DNA of 62,645 nucleotides, the filler included, from Rhabdomonas costata (lineage: Eukaryota), in the NCBI GenBank assembly GCA_019059605.1. It is 34 parts of 34 records of this genome, joined end to end, with 100 filler letters (N's around TTAATTAATTAA, not from the genome) between each part and the next. Parts side by side here need not be neighbours in the genome. Positions count along the whole stretch, not along the records: positions 1 to 1,745 come from JAHMHO010009722.1; positions 1,846 to 3,590 come from JAHMHO010009723.1; positions 3,691 to 5,435 come from JAHMHO010009724.1; positions 5,536 to 7,279 come from JAHMHO010009725.1; positions 7,380 to 9,123 come from JAHMHO010009726.1; positions 9,224 to 10,967 come from JAHMHO010009727.1; positions 11,068 to 12,811 come from JAHMHO010009728.1; 27 more parts are not named here. One strand, 5' to 3'. The translations under genes and the position numbers were made by a program. The notes beneath the pieces are model-generated. The model had not been told where the DNA came from and did no database searches. It saw nothing but the letters and a program-made list of their open reading frames with translations. This document shows, in pieces, positions 1-11,930 of this stretch. Numbering within the stretch: the stretch's first letter is position 1; every line of letters starts with the position of its first letter.

Positions 1-730
1 GTGGTGGGTGTGTTTGGTTGGGGGGGGTCGTCGGGCTGCCGGGGTAGCTCCCCGCCGGAGACCCGCCGTAGTACGCCTGCTCCGAGGGCGTGAACCGCAG
101 ACCAAAGATCGACTTCGCCTTCACCTGCTGCCGCGGCGGACGCCGAATGCAGCAGATCGGGAACCACGCCGGCATCGGCGCCATCCCAGGAAGAAGGATC
201 TTGTACGCCTCGTGGATCAGCGTGCCAAACCCCAGGTACATCGCAATGCACCCCGTCACGAAGCTGCGACGCGAAGGACAACCCCACTCTGACAGCAACC
301 AGACGAAAAGAAGCCCGACAAAGCACATCCCCACACATCGAGAGACATCGAGAGAGAGATAGTGATAAAGGCGCCAAACCTCGAGTGTGCAAGCCGGCTA
401 AAAAGAGGTCCCCACTTGTTTCTCCCATCCCGGTCCACCCACGCGAGAATAGCAAAAGGAAAAGGAAACGGCGACACATACGCCGTCCACCGCCCGGCGT
501 TGATCACGTCCGGGCTCGTGGGGGTCGTAAACCCCCCAGAGGCGATCAGGAAGAACGCCGGCACCAGCGATGTGAACAGGATCACAGAGCCGATGTTCTT
601 GCGCAGCGAGATGATCCAGAAGCAGAACGTCAGGATCCCCCACCCGCAGAAGAAGATGATGCTGCCCGCCCCATTCGCCACGCAGATCCAGAACGCCCCA
701 TAGCTCGCGAACACGGTGCCGTGGAAGTGT
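1..730 (-). CDS. GPR1/FUN34/YaaH (SatP/Ady2-like) acetate transporter, partial; exons 730-482 and 263-<1
   Basis: HFHGTVFASYGAFW motif and hydrophobic helices. The GTATGT...GCAG intron (481-264) splices in frame: WTA|FVTGCIAMYLGFGTLIHEAY. Confidence 0.88.
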
Positions 731-1669
731 CTGTCCCGAGCCTCCTGTCGACCACAACCTCCTGCACATCTCTGCCTGTTCACTCGTTTCCGCAGTCTAT
801 GATGTGAGGCATGCGGTAGCCTGATGTGCCCTATCCTGGCAAAGCTGATGCCGAATGGGGAACACCCGTCACGTTGGTTTGACAAGGATGCTGGATTGCC
901 ACGTTTCAAGTTTTCGCTGGATGGATGAACTGGGGCTCCTTTCATCTCCGCATTTTCCCGGTGTTGCAAACTGTGCCCGTTCGGCTTTGTGATTTTGTTG
1001 TGAGAAGAGGTACCTGGGCACTGGCATCGCTGTTCAACTGGGGCTGCACTCTTTGGGGGATGAAGAAGACGCGCTTCCGAGTTGACTATTTCTTTTTTGC
1101 CGCGAGGAAAAAACTGCTGGCACATTAGTGCAAACGGAAAAGCACATCAGCATTCGACTGAGTCCAGCATGATGCTAGCGCCGTATAAACTATTGTGCGT
1201 CAGGGCTTCGCGAGCGCGGTTCGAGTTGTCCCATCCATAGAGGGAAGCAACAGCTGCTCCCAGGGCAACTCTCGTGGATCAAGCTACCAAAGCCATATAT
1301 TCAGCCAAACAAGGGCATTGAAAGGGACTCAAGCTGAAACAGGCCGAATGCCATTTGGATATAAATACAAGGAACAATCCTCGCGAAGGGAGCCCGGGGG
1401 GTCCCTCGAGATGGCATCTCCAGCCATCCAAAAATAAGCCCTCACTTTGCGGAGGACTTGGGAGCACCGAGCATGTCCCGACCTTCCACCTTCAGCTTGC
1501 GAATCACAGCCTTAGGATCCCCGAGCTGTCCGTAGTACACCTGTGCGGATCGATCAGAGGTGCGTATGGCTGCTGGTGGGATAGAAAAATAATGCCCTCC
1601 CCCTGTTCGAACCCCACAGACCGAGACACCAACGCATAGATAAAGCTACATGGATAAGGAGACCTGACA

Positions 1670-1727
1670 GTCCACGACAGGACACGGCAACGTTTCGGCC
1701 TTCCACTTCCAGCCTCATCAGGTGAAC
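1670..1727 (-). ncRNA. Hammerhead-ribozyme-like motif (type I topology)
   Basis: Minus strand reads GUUCAC-CUGAUGA-GGCU(10-nt loop)GGCC-GAAA-CG...UGUC^GUGGAC. Stem I is 6 bp, stem II is 4 bp, stem III is weak. Confidence 0.55.
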
Positions 1728-1745
1728 AAGAGCAAACCCAACACC

Positions 1746-1845
1746 NNNNNNNNNNNNNNNNNNNNNNNNNNNNNNNNNNNNNNNNNNNNTTAATTAATTA
1801 ANNNNNNNNNNNNNNNNNNNNNNNNNNNNNNNNNNNNNNNNNNNN
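1746..1845. other. Artificial contig spacer N44-TTAATTAATTAA-N44 (first of 33)
   Basis: An identical 100-nt linker with stops in all six frames recurs about every 1.84 kb. Contigs are ~1740-1745 bp. Confidence 0.99.
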
Positions 1846-2456
1846 GGGGGTTGTTATCATTGATTCTTAATGAAAGTTAATGATTTGGATGGGTCTCGAA
1901 TTCAGACATGGTTTTGCTTTCTGAAATTGCAACTGTTGTCTAGTTTTCCTTTGCTAGGTTGTCCGCCCTTGCAACGGACGTTGATTGCCAAGCGAATGTT
2001 ACTCGTTCGTGGTCCAGCAAAGACGGGTCGTGACCTTAGACAAATATGTTTGAATGAGCAGCAGTGAAATGCGCAGCTGTTAGCGAAGTGTGGACTTTTC
2101 CGTGGTACGCTGTGAGGAAGAAATCCCTCCCATCCGAAAAACTCCTGTCTTGTTTCTGTCCTTTCGGTACCGAATCCTGCAGGTGACACAGAAGCGGCCC
2201 GTAACACAGCCTGGGCAGCCTTCTTCTAATGAGGTTTGCGCTATTGATGATTGTGTGTGTGTGTGTGTGGACGTTTGATGATTGGTTGGCTTTTTTTTTG
2301 GGGCGGGGGGGAGAGGGAGAGGCGGGTTCACGCGTCTTTTGATTTGGTTGAAAAGCCCTGCTTCGACTCTTGTGATGGGCCGGAAACAAAAACCGATCGA
2401 AGATCAGTTTGCCTATGTTTTTTTTTCTTTTTTCCGACCTGCCTGCTTGTCGGCAG

Positions 2457-2651
2457 GCATTGCTTCAAGGGACGTGGGTAGGCGACCACGACGGCCTTCC
2501 CGTGAGTTACACCTTCTACACGCAGCGCCAGGTGGACGTCGTGAAGGGCGGCCAGGCCAGCACCTTAATCTACAGTTTGTGCCCCGGCGAGCCTCATGCT
2601 GTGGACTTCCTCGCGATGGGGGTGGTTCTGCGAGCGCTTTATCGTGTGCAG
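2457..2651 (+). CDS. Internal exon, unknown protein (ALLQGTWVGDHDGLPVSYTF...)
   Basis: Pyrimidine tract plus CAG acceptor, CAG|GT donor, 195 nt open, GC-rich third positions. Confidence 0.6.
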
Positions 2652-3451
2652 GTCATCCCATTCTCCTGCAGAGTGCTCTTGCTCTACATTACGTGAAAAA
2701 GGGGATGTGAAAAAGGACTTGAATGGGGAACGACAAGCGCTCCTTGGTTGACTTTTACAGCTACCATCGCTGCTCAGTCCTTTTAGTGCCTGGTCTCTGC
2801 TGACAGTGTGCACACAATGTTCACTGACTTTGATTCATTCCGCACATTTTGGTTGCCGTTTCTATTGCTTTACGCGCTTTGGAACGACCGGGGCCAATTG
2901 CAGTGGCGCTTTCCCTCCAACTTTTCGGGATTGGCTATGTTAAAAGGGGGACTGCTTGAGGCTAGAGTGGAGCGACAGCTGCCCTGCCGTGCGCCCCGCC
3001 GTCTTCTCCGAGCGGTGCCTGAAGCTAAATCGACCCTCCGTGTCCAGCAGCTTGAGCTGGTGTGTCTGGGATTGACCCCCAGCCTTCTGGGACCACACCT
3101 TAACATTGCTCTTCTTCTGATCTGATCACACATTGCTAGTTTGCCATTTTGTGAGAAAACACAGTTGTGGCGAACTGATGGCTGCAAGAGGTCGAAGCTT
3201 GGAGGACCTTGGAAACGCTGGAAAGCGCAGGTGTTTTGCATCGCTCTCATTGTGCTAAGGCAGCTTAGGAAGAGGTCCTGGAATTGGGATCCTGAGGTGG
3301 CCAAAATGAGGGTTGCTTCTTTTTCTTCTCTCAGCGCTCCAGAGGCCGAGCCCGAGGTTTCCACAGTTCACGATGAGGTGGCAGTGCCATCACCTGCTGC
3401 GGGCCCCAGTACAGCGCTGCCTAGCTCAGCTGCCGTAAGTGTAGCGGGAGC

Positions 3452-3586
3452 TGGATCTGGATCTGGAGCTGGTCCTGTGAGGCAGTTCACTGCTCAACAG
3501 TTGCTGCGTTTGACCCACTGGAGCGGAACCGCAGCAACTGTTGAGCAGTGAACTGCCTCACAGGACCAGCTCCAGATCCAGATCCA
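3452..3586. repeat. Fold-back inverted repeat at contig end (57-bp arms)
   Basis: 3452-3508 is the reverse complement of 3530-3586. Confidence 0.95.
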
Positions 3587-3696
3587 ACACNNNNNNNNNN
3601 NNNNNNNNNNNNNNNNNNNNNNNNNNNNNNNNNNTTAATTAATTAANNNNNNNNNNNNNNNNNNNNNNNNNNNNNNNNNNNNNNNNNNNNTTTTGG

Positions 3697-3908
3697 GTGG
3701 AAGCGGAAAACCTGCACATCTGCACTTCTGCATGACGAAGTAATTTCTGTTTTAAAAAAATGAGAGAAGCCCACGAGAAGAGCGGTTACAAAACTTGTCT
3801 GTATAAGTTCTTTAAATGGGAACTTTCGGCTTATATCCTTACCTTTTTTTAAAAACAGAAATTACTTCGTCATGCAGAAGTGCAGATGTGCAGGTTTTCC
3901 GCTTCCAC
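3697..3908. repeat. Fold-back inverted repeat at contig start (57-bp arms)
   Basis: 3697-3753 is the reverse complement of 3852-3908. Confidence 0.95.
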
Positions 3909-3929
3909 ACAAACTAAAAATCAAGCACC

Positions 3930-4091
3930 TTCGCTGAGTGGCTCAATTTCTTCAAGAACAGCCTGAGGCGGGGTGATGTGGTCATCACGCTGTTCATTCT
4001 TTGCTCTGGGAAGTCCAGGGGACGGGGGGCTTTCGTGCGGCGCCCCGCGTAAGCCGAGGAAGGCGACAAGAGTGATTTGTCAACCTTCGCT
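3930..4091 (-). CDS. Possible exon, unknown protein
   Basis: Open GC-rich segment with plausible AG/GT borders; no family recognised. Confidence 0.3.
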
Positions 4092-5287
4092 TTTGACGCA
4101 CGAGGGGGCAATACCACGAAGGCTCCAGGCTGAGGGTGCAAACCTGGAAGCTGGAAGGGGGCTGGGATGCATCTGGATGGAATAATCACAGGGAGGGAAA
4201 GGGTGGCGGTCAAGCAATCTTTGGGAAGCGCGGTGCCGAGGACGGGAGCGGTTTCACACCGGCGGAGAGGGTACTGAGTGGATTGCCCAAAAGGGGCGAA
4301 ACACTCAGCGAACAGAGGCTGGCTCGAGCTTACTTGGGTGTGAGGCAGAGAGAAAAGAGGCACACCCCCGGCGTGCGGTCGGATGGGCACGCAGGGAAAG
4401 TAAGTCGGACGGAGGGGGTAAAGACCAGGACAGTGCAAAGCAGGGACCACGATGTTCGAAGTGCGGTTTGGGCATGGGTAGCCCAAGGTGTATGTCGAAG
4501 TCAGGAGAGTACTGCACGTCAAAGGCGAGCGAATCACGGTGCGCGCGCCAACGCATTCGGGTACACAGCTGAGACAAAGACGAGAGGAGAACGGGAAAAC
4601 AATCGAAGGAATGCGAGTCCGTGGGTTTGGAAAAAACGGGGGGGGGGTCGCAAGTTTGTGTGAGCCACTCAAATTATTCAGAAAATGTTTGCTTTTTCGA
4701 ATTATTTTCATCACTTTTGATTTTCCACGCACACAAAGTCAAGAAAGGGGGAGATGCAATATTCGCATACCTAACGGGAAGCACGACGCACTCAAAGAAT
4801 GCCATCGCAGAAGCCGATCGAGATAAGGCAAGTGCCTTATAATACTCCCCATGGGGCGCTGTGCACGGTTGAAGGCAGTGGCACGGCAGAGGAACGCAGG
4901 ACTGCAGCGGCAGTGACTCCGTCCTTTGACCTCGAAAATGATACGAACAGGGACGTGAAGACATGGTGTAGCGTGCGGAAGCGCACGAATAAGTTGAGAG
5001 CAAAGAGCTGGGGCTGGATATAAGGCGTCACACAGAGTCACCCTCCCACGTAAAATGAACCTGCACGGTGGTGTTTCGCTTAAGTTAGGCTTATTACAAA
5101 CAAAAATTTGGCTAGTGGGCCCGAGGCGCCACCCGCTCTCCAGTGATATTTTCAAGTTTCTCTCTCTCTCTCTCTCTCTCTTGGATTTTTCAGCTGACCA
5201 GCGCAAAGAGTGAAGGTACCTTGTTTGTACCCTACGGCTACTTAGTTTTTGCTAAGTGATCAAATAATACCTCAGAGGAAGTGGTGC

Positions 5288-5432
5288 TTGGTCAGCTGTC
5301 CCCTATGGGTTTCACGCAGGACTTGCGACCTGCTTCTAAATTAAATCATTTACTGTATTATTTCTTACGAGCGACTAAATTTAGAAGCAGGTCGCAAGTC
5401 CTGCGTGAAACCCATAGGGGACAGCTGACCAA
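5288..5432. repeat. Fold-back inverted repeat at contig end (55-bp arms)
   Basis: 5288-5342 is the reverse complement of 5378-5432. Confidence 0.95.
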
Positions 5433-5535
5433 CCANNNNNNNNNNNNNNNNNNNNNNNNNNNNNNNNNNNNNNNNNNNNTTAATTAATTAANNNNNNNNN
5501 NNNNNNNNNNNNNNNNNNNNNNNNNNNNNNNNNNN

Positions 5536-5903
5536 AAAGACTGAAGCATCGTAATCCTGGGTGGCTGCTGCTGCTGCTGCTGCTGCTGCAGGGGGGGCTG
5601 GAATGGGGCCACCAGCGCGGGAGTGATCGTTGTCGTTGAGCAGGGTTTTGGTGGAACCTGTGCCACGGGACGGAGTACGGAAGAGGGGATGGCAGCAGAA
5701 GGGGTAGATGACAGTCGAGGTGGCGGCTGAAGTGAGGCAGCCACTTGGGGGGCTGTGCCTTGGGGCCTTGAGGAGGAAGGACCGCCGGGGATGGGGCGGG
5801 CATCCGCATTGATGTGCAGTCCAGAGCCGTCCCAAGGCCGCGCCTGTTGGCGCTGCTGCTGCTGCGCCCCACACTGGGCGGAAGGGCGGTACGGCCACGC
5901 CAT
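5536..5903 (-). CDS. Pro/Gln-rich low-complexity exon, runs off contig
   Basis: Open frame MAWPYRPSAQ...PPLQQQQQQQQPP with CAG tracts. Confidence 0.5.
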
Positions 5904-7399
5904 TGGATGTGCGTGTGTGTGTAAAAAAGAATATTATCACATGAGACTCATGGACTGGTGACAGAGTGCAGACAGGGAGAAATCAAGGCGAGAGAAGACC
6001 CGCCAGTTTTCCTCATGCAAATCATAATCCTGAGGAATTCAGTCGGTTTATCGGCCAAAAATATCATCAGTACCTGCGTTTCGCCTTTTCACTTTTACTG
6101 CCCTCTAACCGTCCTGCGAGATCAGGAACCACTAACCAGCGCAAGGGCCCCAACCTCCAGCACAACGCGCTTTGCGGCCGAAGCAATTCATGACTTGAGC
6201 AAAAAAAAATAACACCCCTAGGAGGTTGGTCACTTTTTTGACTGATGAACTGCACCCAAGCCCAACCTTGCAGTTGCGAACGTTGCCGCGAATACGCCTT
6301 AGGAGAAGATCCAATGCTGTGAGGAGCATTGCGCCTATTTGAGCGAACTCGCCAATAAGCATGGTTTGCCGCAAGAGAAAGTATTTCCCTTGTTCATACC
6401 ACGTTTCTGGTGCAGCTTCTTTGCAAGCTGAAGCAAGATGTGGGTCTCACCACTGCATGGAGGGCCAGAAATGTACAGTGTCGCCACCAGCGGACGTTCC
6501 TCCGAAAACAAATCACTATCGAGCAGTCTCCCTAGATCAATCTGCAGTGCCTTCAGGGTCGGTTCCTGTTCGTTCCAAGATTCCAGGGGGTGCGAAGGAG
6601 CAAGGATCCACTCTGGAAGTGAGTCTGAATGATGTTGAATCGGTCAGCAAGTGCGGCTTTACACTCAGATTCAATGTTCTCCGCAACCTGAAGCTCTGTC
6701 AGCGGCCATGTGAGGCTCTGAGACTCTAATTCAGAGAGGGTTGCCCAGACACCTTCAATTGGCATCGTCTTGAACCCCATTGGCCAAAATCGGAGGTCGT
6801 TCAATATAAAGTCATGGATCATACAATTAGCGCTCTTTTTCCTGAGCTTCGAACATCACAAAGTACAACTGGCAGTTAACGAGTGCCTCCACACTGCACT
6901 GCTCTCTGCAACTCGAGCTCCGCTGGGTCCGCCCATATCTGGATCTGAATCGTGTTCCATGTCATCCCTCTGCATATCTTCTTCTGGAGCACATGTGGAC
7001 TTGGGCGCCTGCTCTATCTCCATCCCTCTGAAAAGGCCTTCAGCATCTCCTCCTTTGGAACAAGCCCTGTAACCACCCAAGACTCAAAACCATTTTTTCC
7101 GTCCACTGCACCCACCTCCGGATATCTTGATGGAGTGACAACTGGTCATAACACCCTCGCTCCCGCAACCTCTGGAGCAAACACCGCTATCTCCTCTGCA
7201 AGTCTCTCCGTATTCTGCAGAAACTCCAAAATTTGGTCTGTAACTATGTCCAACGTCAGCAAGAACCTCACCACCAACANNNNNNNNNNNNNNNNNNNNN
7301 NNNNNNNNNNNNNNNNNNNNNNNTTAATTAATTAANNNNNNNNNNNNNNNNNNNNNNNNNNNNNNNNNNNNNNNNNNNNCGCTTTTGCTACAGGCAACT

Positions 7400-8130
7400 G
7401 TGCCTGCTTAGTAACCAAAATTATTTAAACGGAGCGTCTACTCAAGTCAATGACTGGGTTGAACTAAAGTATGGCCAAGATGACACGCAGTAACAGCCTG
7501 ACTGGTAATTTGCCAAGATTTACGTGAAGGCGTAAATACTGTGTCACCGTCAGGATGTGACCATTTACCACTTTTACCTGAATAATGGACGTCGAAGTAA
7601 AACTCTTATAGACTGCTTCACACACTAAGTCTGCACACATGAATGAGTCCGAGGCTTATTATTAATTCAGAAAATCAAAATCTGTTTTTTCTCTCACAGC
7701 AACGGAAAGAAATCAAAGGCATCTGGGCGTGGGGCTTTGGAACTTCTTCACTAAATGTAGATACAAGTTCTCAACCATTGTTGGCTAAGTGTGAAGTGGA
7801 ATTAATCACTACACCTACATTATCCAGCGTTGCACAAATCAAGTGTTTCAAAACATTTGATAATTCCGCAACTAGTGATGCAATTTCATGACATGAGGTA
7901 GGTGTTTCCGAGAGTGCCACTGCAACCACTGTCCAGGAAGTAGCTGGAAATGTCATGGCTTTTTGTGGGCGATTAATGAACATCAGTTCTTGGACATGTG
8001 TATTGACTGGTATTGTATTCTTTTCACCATGTGACACACGAACACATGCCAACCCTGTTTTGACCAAGCTTTCCCAAGTGATGCACGTCTCCCACAAAAA
8101 GAACTTCTCCTTGTTGCTTGACCACCTGCT
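7400..8130 (-). mobile_element. Decayed Ty1/copia gag-pol relic (protease to pre-integrase region)
   Basis: Across frameshifts and stops, in copia order: YFLDSGCSG (~7942-7915, protease motif), TLDNVGVV..INSTSHLANNG, IHVCRLS (WHxRL-like) and TACHLG. Confidence 0.6.
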
Positions 8131-10109
8131 TAGAAGTTCCATCTCATCCGCACGCGATACGACCGTGTTTAGGAAATACTTTGCGCCCTCGCTGGCGTTG
8201 TGTGGTGTTTACTCCAGACCGCAACCATAGCTACACACATTTTTCACGTGGCGATCTGAATGACTTTCCAACTGATGACATCAGCTTTTTGTATTGCTCT
8301 TTGAGAGAATCACTACCGCATTTCATTTCCCACGCCGCTAAACACAGATGATTAGTGCCAAGCGGGCGCGTCCATGTTGCAGATGATCATCTACGTATGG
8401 GAAGCTATGGATGCTATAGTTTCCGACTGGGCAAACGTGTGCGCTTGCCAGGACGGAATTCTGGCGCTGCGCTGCCACCATTAGAACGCGGATGTGATTC
8501 TAGGCCAACTGCAAGGTTTTCCATTTTTTCTATGGTGCGCGAGCGGAGAATGCGTGATGTTTAAAGGCTGCAAGTTGAAATTGTTCGGTGATAAGAGCGT
8601 TATTTTCTTTGTGTGGAGTTCTGTCAGAACAAAAGTGGTGCTCTTGACGTTGACAAAACACGATGGAACGTATTACAGTAAACGCCTTAGTCAATTAATC
8701 ACATTTGATTTCTTTGTGTCGTACCGCGAAAACACGAGTTTTAACTTTTTGATCTTGTCCCACGCCACAAGCTAACGGTTCGCTTGTAGCTATATTCTGA
8801 TGTCTTTTGGTTTCGTTAGGTTTTTGTTGTTGCAATTGTGAGCTTGAAGACAAAGCTTCTGACGTAGAACTGCTTAGTGTGGTCAAACAACACCCCTCAA
8901 GGACTTACCACACAGTTAGCGTCAAGGATTGTGGAAGATTTGCACTCAGCATCATGGATGTACCACACTGTATTAAACAGCCTATACATTATACTACCGT
9001 AAATGGAAAAAGAGAAGTACGGTAAATTAGAAAATGGCAAAATTAATGAATGTCAAACATGTTTTTTCAAAATGACAAACGTTCAAACAGTTTTCTGCTA
9101 CCATAGGCAACGGCCACAACAACNNNNNNNNNNNNNNNNNNNNNNNNNNNNNNNNNNNNNNNNNNNNTTAATTAATTAANNNNNNNNNNNNNNNNNNNNN
9201 NNNNNNNNNNNNNNNNNNNNNNNATCTCCTTTGTTACGTTTTGTCCTCGACTACCTCATTCTATGCCCTATGGAACGGATTGTGGAAGCACCCCCACACA
9301 CACAAAGACCAGCAAACAGCGGCAAAATATGCCGAAATTTACACTTGGCATTTCAATTTTAAATCCAAAAACACCGAAAATATGGCTCCCAAAGCCCTGC
9401 TTGGGGCTGTTTTGGTTGTCCTGGCTTGCTTCACACGTTCAAAAGAATCGCCCCCCCCCCTCACACGGAAGTGTGTTCTTCCCTGATTCAGGATCGACAG
9501 ATGGGCAATTTTGGCTTTTCCAGAAATGTTTTCTCGTCGAGTTATGACCCATCTCTCCAAGTGGCAGCCTAAGGTTCTCAGGGGCTTTCGAATCGGCAGT
9601 TACAGGCCAAGTTTAGGCTCCGACCCGAGCACTGGAGTCAATTTTAATTCCGCATAAATATAGAAGGAGTTTCGACCCCTATTAAGTGGTTTTTCTCCCA
9701 GAATGCACCCTAAATAAGTCCCCGAAGCTGGGCTGTAAAAGCCTTTCAACGTCGTTTCCGCACGTTCTCCGAATGACAAAGTGAGCGAGAAATGTGAAAA
9801 AAAAAGTGTGACCTTATCCGGTGTTTTGGGGTTCAAAAAACAGGGAAAACACCTTACAATGTCTTATGCTCAAACTGTCTCATTGAACCTATTAGTGCAC
9901 TTGCGCTGCATCGGGGGCTGAATAAGCGGATTGTAGGCACCGAGGTTTCGTCTTTTGCATCTGGGCATAATGAAGAGAGCAATTTTGGATTTTACACGAA
10001 GCGGTTCGACTGCGCAGGAAAAATATGAAAAAGGCGGTCATTCGCCCACGGCAATTTTAGTTCAGTTTGAATCGTCGAAAGACCACTTCACAAATCAATG
10101 TTGACGCAT

Positions 10110-10967
10110 AACAACAAGTCCCGTTTCTCTCTTCGCATAAGGAAGAAAGTTGAACTCACCAAGGTTTGCCACATTTCTTGTCCTTGACCCTAGTATCGCG
10201 GATTTAGTTATTGCCACCAACCCACTTCTTCATCGAACGCCTCTGCCCCGCAACAACAGGAGAACCTTTTCCTAGAAACAGGGATCATCAGGTGAAATGT
10301 GTTTATGTGGTTGATTGCAAATCAGGTGCAAACCAGGTGTTATTGAACCAGAAAGCGTGCTCCTCCACGAAAGTTTTGTGTTGAACCGAAAGGGACCTTT
10401 CTCGTGTCGTCTGCCAAATCTTTTAGCAGCTCTCTTCCAATCCAAACCACAATATGACGGCCTTAGCCCGATCCCTCAGCAGATAATAAACGCTCATTCT
10501 TCCTCCAGCTTCCTCTCATGGTATTACTGAGTGTAATATCCTTCATCCCCAAGAATATGTGCCTTGAATTAACCCGAATCTGGAAACATCCACGCCCTGT
10601 GTACTAGGCTAGGAAAGGACGCACACCACCCTCCATGTCCACTCATCTCAATAGCTGATTGCACGTTTGACCCAGTTTTGTGGATCGCTCTTCTTTTCCT
10701 TTTTCAAAGAAAAAGTAAAAGAAGAGCAACAGAAACCAATTGCACAGCAAGCATTCGTGCTTCTTAAAAAGATGTATTGATCCCCCCTAGGAAAGGGGGG
10801 AGGGGGGTGTGACAATATTCGCACCAGCCCATGGAATTCAGGACGTCAAGAATTGGAACGTGGGTGCGATGGTGGGTGACTGATGGGTGACCATTAACGC
10901 GGTTCTGTGAAATTGGGACGACTGTGTCCGCAGGTGCTGGCAGAGTCCGTGACATTAACAACCCCCC
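10110..10967 (+). mobile_element. Possible 3' end of a decayed Ty3/gypsy element: integrase remnant, polypurine tract and LTR start
   Basis: 19 purines at 10789-10807 are followed directly by TGTGACA. Weak upstream remnants SPVSLFA*GR and RKGPF. Confidence 0.4.
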
Positions 10968-11329
10968 NNNNNNNNNNNNNNNNNNNNNNNNNNNNNNNNN
11001 NNNNNNNNNNNTTAATTAATTAANNNNNNNNNNNNNNNNNNNNNNNNNNNNNNNNNNNNNNNNNNNNTGTGTGGGTGGGGACAATTAGTGACCAGGCGTT
11101 GGCTGTTTTAATCTAATTACAAAAGTATCTTTTTACGTTTTACATTTTGAATTTCTGAACTCAATTACAGCAAAACTTATGTAAATGTAATTTATTTAAA
11201 AAACTTTGCAAACGAAATGCTGTAAACACACAATTTTATTTATTTTTGTCACATTTATTATTACATAAACAGATTAGTCATAAAATGTCGCTGATTGTAA
11301 ATCTGCAATGCTTATTTAACACAACTTAA

Positions 11330-11930
11330 ACACATGTACAACACTATAAAATTAGATTTGCTTGTGCCTTTAAAAACCACAGCGCAATAAAATTATTAAT
11401 CAATTGGCTTTTTTCCGTTATTTCTTTGTGCTTGTGTAATAATTAGACATTTATATTTATGAACAAAATTATCGTATTCGTATTCGTAGCCAAATTTGCG
11501 CAGGTTATAATATGTACTATAATGTGATTCGCTTTTCACACCTTTTCGAATGCATTGATATCGTTTGATTTTCTCCATAAAAAAGCACAACAGGCGTAAC
11601 GAAGTAAAAGGTGATTTTATTTATTCGAGCAGATAAAGCAGTGCATACTTTTAAACTTAAACTGCAAGGTTTGAAATATGTCGGATCATGTGGGTCAATT
11701 GTGATGTTTACACAAACCTCTATGACACTGCCATTGTAACAAAAACACAACACGATTACAAAAACTTACGATTTAAAGCCACCACTGAAGATACGTAGCT
11801 GCAGTTTTGCTTTCATTTAGATATTGTAAGCAACACTTTTACATTAATGACACTTTTTGCCGAGTTTAGCACCTCCAAAGCCATGCGAATCTACCACTTC
11901 CCATTTAGGGCAGATGACATGCGCTTCCAT
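11330..11930 (-). mobile_element. AT-rich, highly decayed Ty1/copia reverse transcriptase relic
   Basis: Ordered remnants across frameshifts: HRGL, ID..PTYFKP, LKVCTALSA, CAFL/YGE, YNLRK, FIVLY. Confidence 0.45.

Noticed and set aside
1195..1235. GGTTCGAG T-loop-like motif as a tRNA (also near 1605)
   Set aside because: No cloverleaf stems. No tRNA, rRNA or CRISPR array was found anywhere in the window.
1790..1801. Regularly spaced TTAATTAATTAA palindrome as a biological repeat or array
   Set aside because: It is always centred in N runs, so it is an artificial six-frame-stop linker.
10255..10296. Second CUGAUGA (minus strand) sharing TCATCAGGTGAA with the hammerhead candidate
   Set aside because: There is no correctly placed stem II-GAAA or NUH with stem I pairing.
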